Part shown: piece by piece, positions 1 through 12,153 of the stretch | Position numbering within the stretch: position 1 is the stretch's first letter | Layout: every line of letters starts with the position of its first letter | Program-made: the position numbers and the translations under genes | Origin: Fistulifera solaris | Lineage: Eukaryota | Length of the DNA stretch: 64,000 bases | Assembly (NCBI GenBank): GCA_030295235.1 | Contig: AP026142.1 | Span: 744,001 to 808,000, forward strand | Direction of reading: 5' to 3' | The notes under the pieces: generated by a model | Seen by the model: the letters and a program-made list of their open reading frames with translations, nothing else | Told to the model about the DNA's origin: nothing | Database searches by the model: none

Positions 1-831
1 GTTTTAATGCTACATTAAGGGGTGAAAGCGCTCGAGAATTTTGGCGGGGTCGCTTGGACTTGGGGAGTTTTGACCCAGATGCTTCCGAAGACGTCCTCCT
101 TTTCTTTGATTCTTTCGGAACTACACGTGATGGGTTTTCATCGGCACTTGCTAGAGAAGCCGCAACAGGCACTTGCTTTTCAGGAGGTGGTGATTGCGAA
201 GGACTATGACTTGTTTTTTTGGTCACTTGCGAGGAGGGAAGCAATGGGACTGGCGATTGCTGCTGTGCACGGAGTGCGGCCGCTAGTAACGCGGGAGAGC
301 TGCTAGCGCTCAAATTGGGAGAATTTGATCGCGAAACATCGTCGACTGTAATCACCGCCCCAAGTTGCTGGCGTCGTAACTCTTCTTGATATCGTAACTG
401 AGCCTGCGCTACCTGCTCGCGCCGAAGATTTAGCTGTTCGGAAAGCAACAAATTCTGGTAATGCTGCAGATCCGACAAGTCATGTAACGGATCTGCCAGC
501 GCCCTCAACTGATGACTTTGTACGTGCTGGCCAAGCTGTTCCTGCAAAAGCAGTTGTCGGATCTGCTGGTCTCTTTGCAGATCATGCTGTTGACGTTGTT
601 GCGATTGTAATAACACCGAAAGGTCGTCGACTTGCGTTAAACCGAGCGCTGCTCGTAGCTGTGCTTGAGTCAACTACAACAAAATAATAATAATATTATC
701 AGAATAAAGAGATTTGGTCATGATGAAATCGCTCTCTTGACTCCGAAAACATAAGATATCTTCGCTCGTGATAAACATACCTGAGTATTTCCATTTCCAC
801 CAGCTGCGTCGAAAGGGAATCTTCGGTCCAT
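1..831 (-). CDS. 5' part of a Gln-rich, probably nuclear protein (runs off the window edge)
   Basis: ATG at 831. Exon 1 (831-781) encodes MDRRFPFDAAGGNGNTQ, followed by a GT-AG intron at 780-674. A stop-free frame then runs 673->1 (LTQAQLRAALG...QQIRQLLLQEQ...ESKKRRTSS...KSKRPR) with NLS-like basic clusters. Not in the ORF track because it has no stop in the window. Confidence 0.7.
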
Positions 832-2014
832 GATCTTGCTTCGCAATACTTCGACAGCCTACAACGATATGAAAGAGAAGGGGATGAGATCTGTCGAAAA
901 GATGCGAATAGAAACAATACGTTAATACAACGCCTTGAGACACACCCACATTCTGTTTATCCGATGAACACCGTTATGCGATATATATCGATATTTCTCT
1001 CGATAGCACGATTCAGGCAACTTACCTTGTTAACAAAAAGAAATTCAAAACGAAGAAGCAGCAAAACAAGTGATTAACCGCAAGAATCATGAATTGCCGT
1101 GATACCTCTATAACGCCGCTGTGTTGTAAAAAAGTGGCTTGTGCCTTCGTGGTGCTTTTCGACCGAAAGACGAAGCAGCCACACAACGCTCACCAAGGAA
1201 GACGACGAGAACAACACGCGGGACGCGGGCAACGCTACCCCGAGCGAGTGTACAATTTGGGTCACTGCTAAATGGGACTAACTTCATACTCGACTTCAAT
1301 GTAGCATGTAGAAAGACGGAGGATTGCCCTTCTCGAAGGCTCTTCGATAACAAGGGTCTCGAAATGTCGCTTTTCTTTCATGTTCGTATCTGACAAAATG
1401 ACTTTGTCAGATTTACTAGTGTGAGTGCAAACGGTCATCAACACGAATTGTTCTTTGTCTATAATTTGTACAATGAGGAACATCACCGGCGACATAATAC
1501 TCACGGATTTTGGTCATTTGTGTCTTTTTATTATCGACTGTCGCGTAACTGGTAAAATGTACTCTTGAGCGGAAGACCATAATCCATAAACATAAACTAA
1601 ACCAGAACCTGGTTTAGGACGCAGCAACCATAGCTTGAAGCTAAAACCCAAAGGAGTCTCTGCTTAACCTGCGCAACGGCCCACAATGCACATTCAGCCG
1701 AACACATTGACATCTATAAATCTAAATGGCAAGCCCATTGCTAAATTACAATCAAACATTCCAAACCTCAAATGTATGAGAATTCTAGATGTCTAGTCAA
1801 CACACACACACACAGATAATCCTCGTCTTTATTCCTAATTTCCTAGAGTCAGATTGCAAATTTGCGTTGACGTCAAGATTGATTCACTTCTATCTATCCT
1901 CTAGCGACGTGGCCTAGAATAAAGAGAAGAAGTAGCAAAGGTGATTGCAGGCAACGTTATTTAACCTCTATTCGTAGACAACTGACCAATTGAGCACCCC
2001 TTTCTTTCTCCGAG

Positions 2015-3457
2015 TCAAGGCAATTCGACTAATTTTTCCAAACGACTCCACAGAGCATCGTCTATTGTCGTTCCTTTCTTTTGTCCTCTCGTCCATTTCT
2101 GCACAACATGACACAAGGCCTGGCAATCAAGTTCCGACAAACCCTCGTCGTACAACGCGAGAATGGTCGAAAACGAACACAACTGAGAAAGAAGAGACGC
2201 ACTATCACGTTCTGTCAAGGCTTCTCGCAAGCCTTTGCGTGCTTTTTTCAGCAAGCGGCCTGTTTTGGTGGATACGGCATTCGTCGGCGACCCGTACCAT
2301 CCCGTGTGACTCAGTAAAGCCGTATTGACCAAACAAAACACAGAATCAAATTCATTGACTTCTTGTCCCTCCACCAAAACGGGATGACGGGTATGTGCTT
2401 GTCGTTGATTTTGTTGAGACGACGACATGTCAAACATATCCTCCGCAACCATTTGTACGGCAACATCACTCAATTGAAAGACTTCGGTGGCACCAGATGT
2501 AGCATCCATGGCGCACGTGACCCACGCGGTCGGATACAAATCATCTTTGTCGGTGAATTGCATGTTTTGCATTTGACCTTGTGCGGCTTGTACTATTTCG
2601 GGCACGTGCATGGGCAAACCATCGTTGGCGTGTCGATCGTCCACATACGTAAAGATCCAGCCTATGGGTCGCAGTCCCAACCACGTCGCAACCTGTCGTG
2701 CTTTGCTCTGTGGGTCGTAAAAATCATTACGAGGATAAATGGCGTGTACTTTGGCGGCAACACACATTTCTTCGGCTTCGGTTGTGGACGACAAGGATGT
2801 TTTCGGTCGGCGTTTGGGATCTTGACGTTCCCGTACGACCGTCCCCAAAAGCAGTGCCGGTTGATGTGTTTTTTGTTGAAAAAAACGTTCTGCGGAGGGA
2901 GCACACATGTAAAGACGCTGCACGGTCGAAGTGGATTGCGGTTCTATGACGTGCAATTCTTTTCGGAGATCTGAGAGTGCTGCATACGAATTCGCCGATC
3001 TTCGTTGCCGTTGGTGTCTTCGCAACGCAGCGGTATAATCTTTAGCCAGTTCAGGAAACGGATTGTATTTGGGCTTGCTTGCTTTTGATGCTTGCGATGA
3101 TGTATTGTGTTCTTTAGTGTCGTTTGTTCCCGCGACAGAAGAACGCAGAGCAATGAGGGATCCGTGTGAAAGATTCAAGTTTGGCAATGTTTGAGAGGGA
3201 TCTAATGACTGAGTACCCAATTGAATTGTCAATTCATCAAGTGATTGATTCAGCGGCTTTAAAACATCTTCTAATGTCAGTAGAGAGGATTCGTTGGGGA
3301 CATGCAATCGTTGCATAGAGCCATCGGGCAATCGTATTCGCAAAAGGAAACTGCCGCTCGAAGAAGATGATGAAGTTGCGACTCTGACAAAGATCCACAG
3401 GAAAATGATACGAGATAAGTATGAAGAATGCATCATTTTGAAACAGAAGGAGTGCAT
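2015..3457 (-). CDS. NPL4: Npl4-family protein with an N-terminal signal peptide (probable SELMA symbiont-type sNpl4)
   Basis: Ubiquitin-like N-domain (LLRIRLPDGSMQRLHV...LNLSHGSLIAL). MPN-like Npl4 core (ATWLGLRPIGWIFTY; EVFQLSDVAVQMVAEDMF; NEFDSVFCLVN). Hydrophobic leader RIIFLWIFVRVATS followed by poly-Ser. Confidence 0.75.
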   Translation of the reverse strand: MHSFCFKMMHSSYLSRIIFLWIFVRVATSSSSSSGSFLLRIRLPDGSMQRLHVPNESSLLTLEDVLKPLNQSLDELTIQLGTQSLDPSQTLPNLNLSHGSLIALRSSVAGTNDTKEHNTSSQASKASKPKYNPFPELAKDYTAALRRHQRQRRSANSYAALSDLRKELHVIEPQSTSTVQRLYMCAPSAERFFQQKTHQPALLLGTVVRERQDPKRRPKTSLSSTTEAEEMCVAAKVHAIYPRNDFYDPQSKARQVATWLGLRPIGWIFTYVDDRHANDGLPMHVPEIVQAAQGQMQNMQFTDKDDLYPTAWVTCAMDATSGATEVFQLSDVAVQMVAEDMFDMSSSQQNQRQAHTRHPVLVEGQEVNEFDSVFCLVNTALLSHTGWYGSPTNAVSTKTGRLLKKARKGLREALTERDSASLLSQLCSFSTILALYDEGLSELDCQALCHVVQKWTRGQKKGTTIDDALWSRLEKLVELP

Positions 3458-4067
3458 TTGGAGGCAACAAAGTATTCTATTGACAACAAGCTATCGCGAC
3501 TGCTATTGCGTCGCAAGTCGCAAAATGCGTGCGGTGCGAGAAAAAAATACACGTGGAAACTATCATCGTCCGTTGAGGTTCGGGATTACAGTTCCACTCT
3601 CGATCCAACTTAGAGTTAGAGGATAATAGAAACTCCGTAATACTGTAGACAATTGGTATTCCCGACTGGGTCTCTGTCACGAGTCACCAATATCTAAAAT
3701 TTGATTTCTGCATGGTATGATAGTTCGAAACAAAAGTTCCTTGAAGTAAGAAACTGTTGTATTTCAATAGGTTGAATTTCTTGTGATCTTTTCGTACCAT
3801 TATCACTTGCAGACAAGCGGTGAGGACAAGCATTCGTCGCATTCGAGTATGTTGGTTCGTCAACAGTAGTTCGATTTTTTCTGCTACACGAAATTTCATG
3901 GATTCGTTTAATGAAGCTGTTGCGAGTGAAGAGTTTTTTAGATCACGGTAACGCTAGTTCTCCTTGATGATGCTACGCTTCTCTGCGTGGAACAAAATAT
4001 ATTGTTTAGAGTTGCCAGAAATTCATTTCCTTCTGTATAGTATCGTCATCGTATTTATTTTCCTTTC

Positions 4068-6095
4068 TTAGAAACCCCGATTGGCATCGCGTGCCGCCTG
4101 TCGTGATTGCTGTAGAAACTGTTCGACAGCTACATGATCTTTTATTCCTTTCGAAGCTTCTACACCCGAGCTCACATCGACACCGAAGGGACGAGTGCTT
4201 GCTACACAGTCAGCCACATTGTCAGGCGTCAAACCACCAGCAACCAATACAGGCAGTCCTTGATTTTGCAACTCCAATGCAAGCTGCCAATCAAATGTTT
4301 TCCCAGTTCCTCCTTGTTGTCCGGGTACAGCGGTATCTAACAGAATGGCCATGGGATCGTTCGTCAATGATTGCAAAAGTGTTTGAATGGGAGAATCGCT
4401 GTTGTCGTGGGTCTCGGAAGATGAGGGAATGTCAACGACGCGCAGCACAGGCACTCCATTGTACAAGTCACGATTAGCTGCCGCCATACCTTCCGATCCG
4501 TGCAATTGAATCACATCCAATCCTGCTTGTTCACACACACTCCGTATATATTCGGATGATTGGTTCTGAAAGACTCCCACCACCGCCGGACGCTGCGGTG
4601 TTGCTGTTTGTGCTAAAATACGGGCTTGTTGCGTCAAATGCAACAGCGGATTGCTGAACGTAGCAGTGGTAGCAGGAAACTCCAAACGCGATGACCGCTC
4701 GCCGAATTGACGCACTGTTTGTACAATTTCCTTCGCTTGTTCCATGCTTGTCACTTTCCGAGGACTCTTTTCCGCAAAGATAATTCCGATCAAATTGGCT
4801 CCACTTTGACACGCTTTAAGTGCATCGTGGGAGTTTGTAATTCCACAGACTTTGACAATTTGAGTACCAGCCGTGTATGCCGCAATCGAGCCGCTGCTTA
4901 CATTAGTTTGGGCCTCCCAATCTTCGGGATGGAGACACAAATTTTGAATTGCTGCTACAGGATCCGACGCCCTCATTAAGGATTCTCCAATCAAACACAT
5001 GCCGATACCGACTTGGCGATATCGATGCACATCCATCGCGTTGGACATACCCGACAAGGCACACAAGCAGACTTGTTGGTTGTATGGAGATCCGTGTTGA
5101 TACACAATCCCTTCTTTTTGCAAGAACGCGGCCATGCGTTCCGAAGTCTGCAAATCCATTTGAAATGTATGTAGATTGCGATTGTTGACACCAATCACGC
5201 GAGCACCTGCTTGTAGAGCGACTTTCAATTCGTCTGTCGTGTGAACTTCGACCAATGGCTCCATTTGAAAAGTATCGCGTGCATAGTGCATCAGACGTTG
5301 CAACAAGTGCAGAGGCAAGACGGCGACAATTAATAAGACCGTATCACCTCCTGCCGCGGCAGCTTGTGCAATCATGTATTCATTAATCACAAAGTCTTTG
5401 CGCAAAATAGCAGGTCGCTGTCGGTTGTCCTTGCCAATATTCTGAATATCGTTGGTAGCCAATCGAATGTCAGTCAAATCTTGCAACGACCCTTGAAACC
5501 AACGAGGTTCCGTCAATACACTTAATATATTAGCCCCCGCGTGTGCATATCGCATCCCCTGTTCGGCCGCACTCGTATTCTCGGGAGCCATGCGTCCCTT
5601 GGAAGGCGAGGCCCGTTTGAATTCGGCGGCTAACGCCATGGTGGGTGCTTGTTGTTGAATGACTTGTTGCAACGACAGCAAGGGTCCATGTGTCTGTGCA
5701 AACACTTTTGCAGCTTCTTCTAGATGCTGTAAGGAAGGACTGGTCGGCAATTGTTGATAATTGTTATAATCTAGACAGACAGTTGCCGTAATTTCCTGTA
5801 GTTTACTCAATATCTCGTCAGGAGCGACATACAAATGAGCGCCATCGGCGGCAGGATTGTCGGAATCGTCCAATAAATTCTGCAAGGCCTGCTTCAATTG
5901 TTCGGGTGTATATTGTGCAGATGTATCGACTGTTTCAATAAGGGTATTTGTTGTTATAAAGGTTCTGGAAGAAGACATTCGCGCACACGAAGACGGAGGA
6001 GAAGAAGAGACGACAAAAGCAGTAGTTGTCGCAATTCCTAGCATGCTACTCGCGAGCCACCACCATGAGTAGTACAAGGAAGATTTGCGTCGCAT
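4068..6095 (-). CDS. trpCF: Plastid-targeted bifunctional indole-3-glycerol-phosphate synthase / phosphoribosylanthranilate isomerase
   Basis: IGPS motifs AAEFKRASPSKG, LSVLTEPRWFQGS, LRKDF, IGVNNRNL, LIGESLM. PRAI motifs VKVCGIT, IQLHGSE, GGTGKTFDW, LVAGGLTPDNV, GVDVSSGVE. Presequence cleavage motif TTA-FVV. Confidence 0.95.
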   Translation of the reverse strand: MRRKSSLYYSWWWLASSMLGIATTTAFVVSSSPPSSCARMSSSRTFITTNTLIETVDTSAQYTPEQLKQALQNLLDDSDNPAADGAHLYVAPDEILSKLQEITATVCLDYNNYQQLPTSPSLQHLEEAAKVFAQTHGPLLSLQQVIQQQAPTMALAAEFKRASPSKGRMAPENTSAAEQGMRYAHAGANILSVLTEPRWFQGSLQDLTDIRLATNDIQNIGKDNRQRPAILRKDFVINEYMIAQAAAAGGDTVLLIVAVLPLHLLQRLMHYARDTFQMEPLVEVHTTDELKVALQAGARVIGVNNRNLHTFQMDLQTSERMAAFLQKEGIVYQHGSPYNQQVCLCALSGMSNAMDVHRYRQVGIGMCLIGESLMRASDPVAAIQNLCLHPEDWEAQTNVSSGSIAAYTAGTQIVKVCGITNSHDALKACQSGANLIGIIFAEKSPRKVTSMEQAKEIVQTVRQFGERSSRLEFPATTATFSNPLLHLTQQARILAQTATPQRPAVVGVFQNQSSEYIRSVCEQAGLDVIQLHGSEGMAAANRDLYNGVPVLRVVDIPSSSETHDNSDSPIQTLLQSLTNDPMAILLDTAVPGQQGGTGKTFDWQLALELQNQGLPVLVAGGLTPDNVADCVASTRPFGVDVSSGVEASKGIKDHVAVEQFLQQSRQAARDANRGF

Positions 6096-6463
6096 CGGAG
6101 TGTTTGAGGAAAAATAGAGCTTCAGTAATTAGTCATACTGATAATTTGTTGTTATTGAGTCTCGTCGTCATCGTTTATCGTCTCGTCGCATCACTCTCAT
6201 CATCGCATCTCCATGCTGGTAGCGTTGCAAATATAAATCGCAATCGCGGACAGACGACGAAAGCGTCACTATAAATAATACGGAGTAAGTTCAAAGTGTT
6301 GACGCAACTTATCCACGACTGCATTTCAAACATGAGTGATCGTTTGGATGAACTGATATGCTACTTACAAGTAAGTAAACATCCATTTACATACAGCGTC
6401 AGCAATCATTGAACTTGATACCAGATACAGCTAGCACTTTATAAATCCTTTACCGGTCTTTAT

Positions 6464-7822
6464 TTACGCTATAACGTCAGCGACAGCATTCCTTTTCTCT
6501 TTTCCAGTCGTCCTCGCTTCTTCTCCGGTCGCGGTGTTTTCACACTCTACTAGTTCTGGCAAATCGTGCACTGAAATACCCCGTTTCTCTCGCTCCTGTC
6601 GAACCCATTTCAGTTGATTCTGTTGGAAGGTTTCATAGGCTCGCACAACCATATCGGCTTCCACTTGAATAGCCTGGCGTAATGCGTGCACTTGATCTTG
6701 GGTCAAGTGATGCAAGTAGGGTTTGATGATGGTCTGCAAGGATCGAACAGCTTCAATCGGTGCCATGGGAACAGGACAAGCTTCCGACAAGGGACGCAAT
6801 TGTTTTGTCAAGCCGGCGGGTAATTTCTTTGGCGGATATACGAAATGGGGACCAAAATTCGCTCGGATCGAACCACCCAAATACAAGGACACGGCTGGAT
6901 AATACACTCCATCATCCAAATCCGTAAAAGCTTCTCCACCTATTCGTTTGCCCTTCGTCAAAATAAAGGTACCCATACAGGTTCCATTCTTGAAAAAGCG
7001 AATGTGATTGCTGTCTTCTCTTGTGCTGATGTTCGCACTACCCTCTTCTTCATCATTATCGCTACCACCATTTGCTGTCAAGAACAATGCACATCCAATC
7101 AAGTCTCCAGGACCGAAGCCTTCTCCACCCCAGTCATCTTGTCGTTGCGATCGATGCAAAATAGATCCACCTTGATCTCGGATACCGTAAGACCATTTGT
7201 CGTAGCCGACGGGAGCTTGTAAATCGCCCGTCCGCATACTCCAACCCAGACGTATGTGTCCTCCAACCGCACAAGGAGAATTATTTTCTGGTTCATCATC
7301 ATTTCCTTGCTGTTGCTCTTCGGCTTGTAAAGCCGCTTCTAATTGCTCTCGCAAGCTCGGCCCCAACCGCGCCCACGGAGGCAAGCCCGCCGCAATTTCT
7401 TTCGCAGACGGCCCCGGCTGCATCAATACTTCATAATAATATGCACCCCCACTTTCGGCCGCTTGTGACGCCCGTGCCATGCGATATCCTCGTACGACCG
7501 TCGGTGTGACGCTACAACGCGCGACATCGGGGCATTTCAATTGCGGCGCCATATCCGCTTTATTCCAGTGTACCCACGGAGGACGATCGTGCAGTGCTTT
7601 CGGGACCCAAACGAGCAATTGATCTTCGGTAGGAATAATTCCTTGTTGTTGTAAACTACTCGCTGTGGCGTGATAATTGTGTTGCGTACAGAATTGGGCA
7701 ATAGCGGTGAAAGCGGCGTGCAAAAGAGGATCCGTATCCATTAACCCGCGAACGCGTTTGCGATTTGTAGCGGCGTTTAACGACGACGAAGGAGGAGGCG
7801 TTAAAGAACGTTCCGATGACAT
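6464..7822 (-). CDS. ASH2L: SPRY-domain COMPASS subunit, ASH2L/Bre2-like
   Basis: GYRMARAS, YYYEV, GHIRLGWS, LQAPVGYDKWSYGIRD, GFGPGDLIGC, IRFFKNG and YYPAVSLY..ANFGPHFVYPP match the ASH2-type SPRY domain. Confidence 0.85.
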   Translation of the reverse strand: MSSERSLTPPPSSSLNAATNRKRVRGLMDTDPLLHAAFTAIAQFCTQHNYHATASSLQQQGIIPTEDQLLVWVPKALHDRPPWVHWNKADMAPQLKCPDVARCSVTPTVVRGYRMARASQAAESGGAYYYEVLMQPGPSAKEIAAGLPPWARLGPSLREQLEAALQAEEQQQGNDDEPENNSPCAVGGHIRLGWSMRTGDLQAPVGYDKWSYGIRDQGGSILHRSQRQDDWGGEGFGPGDLIGCALFLTANGGSDNDEEEGSANISTREDSNHIRFFKNGTCMGTFILTKGKRIGGEAFTDLDDGVYYPAVSLYLGGSIRANFGPHFVYPPKKLPAGLTKQLRPLSEACPVPMAPIEAVRSLQTIIKPYLHHLTQDQVHALRQAIQVEADMVVRAYETFQQNQLKWVRQEREKRGISVHDLPELVECENTATGEEARTTGKEKRNAVADVIA

Positions 7823-8052
7823 TGTGTGACTAGAAACGAACGAAAGATGGCAATGAGAAAAGAATAATGTTTGAAAGTGGAAACAAAGGCGAAAAGTTGC
7901 GGTGCAACTTATAAAAAAGAGGCTGCGCGTTTTATGGGCCCATGACCTGATAGAGGCCTTGTAGTTGTAGGGGAAGTGAAAACGGGTACAGTACCTGGTA
8001 CGGAGTACTTGACAAAATTGTTTTTCGTCAAGTTTGGCGCTAGACGTTTGTT

Positions 8053-11000
8053 CTATAGTTTAGTAGTCATTGGAGTCGTGGCCGGAGTACCTGCTGAATG
8101 CCGCAAAGATGGTCCGATCGTCGTCATCTTCTTTGTCATCATTGTTCGCTGCAAGATTGGTACTACAAGCGTACGAAAATCCTTCATTCTTGACTTTGAC
8201 TGAGAGCATGGATGGAGCTGGAGCGGTCGGTGCGCTGTACAAATCTTCGGCATCGAATCGCACAAATCAATCACTTCACCCTTCTTCTTGGCCTCTTCAA
8301 GTCGACGGTCGAGGACTTGATCAAAGGTTTCTCACGGCCATGAGATACAGTTCCATTTCTTCTTGTTCAATTCCCAACAAAGCGCTTCGCCCGGCTTGAA
8401 TCTCACACAAACGGTTCAATTCAGGTAACAGAGCATCGCGACATTCACGAATCTTCTTCAACATGGCCGGATCGATCAACTTGGCAGAAGCACCTGATTG
8501 ATCGTCCCAGCACATAGAAAACACATTCTCCATTGTCTTACAAATCACTTGCGAGGGCAGAAGCAATCATGGCGTGCAAACGCTGAATAACAGATTGGAT
8601 CCCAGCTAGTAGATTGCGCGTCGCATCACTGAACATGCGATTCACCACTTTTTGAGCCCCGGTCGCCATAGCGTCTTTCATGCGCATGTATTTTCCAGTA
8701 CCACCTTGTACACTCAGAACAGCCTGATAGGAGGACTCCATTTGACTTTGAACGGCAGGAAGCAGAGTGCGACTGAGTTTGCGCTGCGCATCCACGGCGA
8801 CAGCTCCCATTTGCTCAAACAGTGATTTCAAGGCTGAAATGGCAGAACGATTGGCGGTGTTTACCATAGTATTCAATCGATTCGCATCCAAACCGTGAGC
8901 TCGAAAGCTACTGGCCAGGGACTGGCACACTTCTGCACACAGTTGCAAAACGCTTCTTTCCATCTCACTTAACAAAAGTCGAATAGTCGAATCAAGAACT
9001 GCTTGCCAGTCGGTTGAAAATTCTTTCTCCATGGGATCACATAACTCCTGGTTGAAATCTACAGCACCCGCACTTCCGGATGTAAAGACCCCACTGTCGC
9101 CGTACCACTGCACCATATGTCGCTAGTAGTAAAGACCTATTTTTATATGGAAACAGCGTGAGTACGTCTGCACGTGATTTTCCGGAACAAACACTTATCA
9201 GAAGGTACCATTCTTGTCAGGACGACGCTCCTGGGCCGTTCGGCAGTGACTTGAGCCCCACGATTGCACGGTATTCATTGCTTCCGCCGTTCCTTTCTCG
9301 GCTCCAACACGTAAAGACTTTGTCAGTGTTCGACTAATTTTATCCTCCAAAACTTTTTTTGAAATTGTGGGCAATTGCTGCAATTTTAGGGTCCATCTTT
9401 CTCATTTCGCTTTCGAAAGCTAACTTCATTCTTTGTGCACTTCGACCACTTGAGTTTTCTTTACCATCGGTGGTGAGCAACTTCATTCGGTCCAACAAGT
9501 CATTTGTATTTTCGACAAAAGTTTTGGAGTGTGATTTGCTGTGTAGATAATCATTGAGGATAGTCGACGAAGGGAGCAAACGATAGACTAGAACCGCACA
9601 AAGATACTTACCAGATTCGAGAAGTGATATCGCGGACAAACGCTTCCGAAGCTGGGGGACTTGAGTATCTGCGGGATTGAAGAAAGTATTCGGTGGGCCA
9701 TCACGTGAAGGTTTTATATTCATCCGCTTCAAATAGTCATTTGCAGAGATGCAAAAGACATCCATATTGAAATTGTCCTGCAAAGCAATGTTGTCGTTGC
9801 TGTCATCATTTCCACCATCGGTGTCATCGTCTTTGCGATACAATTCTTTCAATCCCGACCGGAAGTCTTCCTGGAGGCAAGACTTGCTGTATTCGTTACG
9901 CACGGCTGCGCGTAACGTTTTTAGCTCCTTTGCATTCTGCTGCATCTCTCTTGATCAGACTGAATGGAATTTTGGTTCTCTTTTCTGAAATCTGTGAGCG
10001 CTTGTTCTGCTTCTTTTAGTGCTGATTTGTTTGTGGCGACCACATTTCGCAAACTCTGCAACAAGCATTCGTCGATTTCAATGTCCGAAGTCGTCATCAT
10101 TATCCTTCAAGACCTCGTCTAGGTCAGGTTTCGCCTCATCATATTGCTGATGAGCTTCCTGAACTTGAGAATCCAGATCTTCTTCCTCCAGAAGTCTATC
10201 ATTGAGCTCTTTTTCTAATTCGATCAAAGAGCTTGACAGCTTAGACATTCTCTCCCACCTTCCCTGAACTTCGCTGAGCGACATCCTCGTGGTCTCGCAT
10301 TGTTTCCGTAGCCTCAAGATCATCTGTTTGAGTGCAAATGAAGAAGACGTTTCCGTACTGACTGTCCATCAAAAGACGTCTTTTGAACTGTTCTCCCAAA
10401 AGCTCTTTAGCAGTCCCATCGTCAACGGCTAGCTTAATGGGGAGCCACAATGGCAATCTGATTGCAGTTTTGCAAGTATCGTTCAGCCACTTTAGCACGA
10501 GCGGCGTTACTGTCTCAAACACCCGGCAAATCAACCAAGACCGCCTCCCGTGGATAATACCGACCAAGGACCACGAAGTTCGACTTTTCGGATCAATGGC
10601 CAAGTCTGTGGTTCGTCGCCATTCCCCATCCGGTAGATGTAAGAATTGATTTCCTTGCGGAAGTCTTGCTTCCATTGCTCCTTGTCGCGCTTCGTACAAG
10701 CTTTCATCTTATTAAATGGCTTTAATAGTTCCAGAGCTTCTTCCGAACCAGGAGTCACTTCTCCGATATCTCACGTTGACAGAGTTGTATTCCTTTCCGG
10801 GCGTCTTCGCTGTAAGCAATGTCCGGACGCGAGCATTAGTAGACAGCTGGGCAATCACCACTTGTGTAGGAAGCTTGTGAAATCGTCTCATAAATCCTTT
10901 TCCGTAAACTTGTTCAATTTTCTGCCACGCCGCAGCCGCTGATGGCGATTTGTCTTCTTCAGGGACCAGGGCATACCTTTCGTCCTTCTTGTTTCAAAGA

Positions 11001-11170
11001 AAGGCTGAATCCCGTTCACCTTAAAGGAAAAGTCTTTTGCCGGAAGCTGTTCTTCGTCCAGCTCTTTTAAAATTAAAGCGAACTTGCAGCAACGTGTCAT
11101 TTTCATTCACATCGACGTAGCTGCGTTCACCCAAGGATGTCATAATTAATTCTTTCGTGGCCGCCATTTT
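8053..11170 (-). pseudogene. Disrupted dynamin-like nuclear GTPase (SLIP-GC/NUGGC-like)
   Basis: Fragments WPLIRKVELRGPWSVLSTG, VLVDLPGV*DSNAAR (in-frame TGA at 10515-10517), AVDDGTAKELL, FICTQTD, VFCISANDY and VDFNQELCDPM are spread over several frames. No P-loop (GxxxxGKS) is visible. Boundaries approximate. Confidence 0.7.
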
Positions 11171-12153
11171 CTCTTTCGCGAGTAAATCCAGAAACAAGCG
11201 CAGCACCGCGAAAGGATTGAGAAAATAGAACGATGGCTTTTTGCAATTTTCTTGTTCAAGGGCGATCCAAAATGAAAACCACATGCACTTGGAAATCAAC
11301 CTTTTGCTGCCGCCTTTTATTTCCCTCCATGTTGCTGCGGGAACAGCTATCTTGCCATGCCGGCGCTGATAGTAGTGTGCAACAAAAAACGTCAACGGAA
11401 CGAAGGATTATCATCATCATTAAATAATAATAGACGTGCCGGGCTTGTGATACCTCTGGAGCGCAGCAGTACACAAAAAAGCACACCGATTAGTTTTTGA
11501 AAGAAGACCCTTCACCTTAATGCGCTCCCATGAGGAGTCATGAGAAATGAGAATCATCATCATGAGTTTGCCGAGCTTTACTGCTAACATGAACTTCGTT
11601 CGTTTTGATGAATTGGTAGTCAACACTGATCTAGACACGATACAAATACATTAGCGACTTTTGCAAGGCATGCCTTGATTGATTATGTCTGTAAACCTTT
11701 TAAATCCCTTAACGTCCTATTTACTATAGACCCAAAGTGTTCGCCGCATTTCGCCATGATTGCATTTCAGTCCTGAGTTTAGTTTCTTTGCTATAAGCCC
11801 AAAGTGTAGTCCGTATTTCGCCAAGACTACATTTCAGTCATGAGTCTTCGACCTCCGGGTCTTAGTCAAATCGCTAGGTTTACGTAAGCTCGGTTCGTTC
11901 TCATAGATTATTAAAAGCTAAAATGATCATTAATACGACACAGTTACAATTGGCGATGGTTTCAAGGTACGCCTTGATTGTTTACGTCGAAAATTCTTGT
12001 GTCATATGATCTCCTTCAACATCCGGGTTGGTGACTCAGGGAAGATGACGACCGAAAGCAAGAAGAGGAACGCTTATCAGGTATTCAGCACAAAAAGCGT
12101 AGAACGAGAAATATCGAAATACCAGAGTAACTTGACACTTAATTACATTCATA

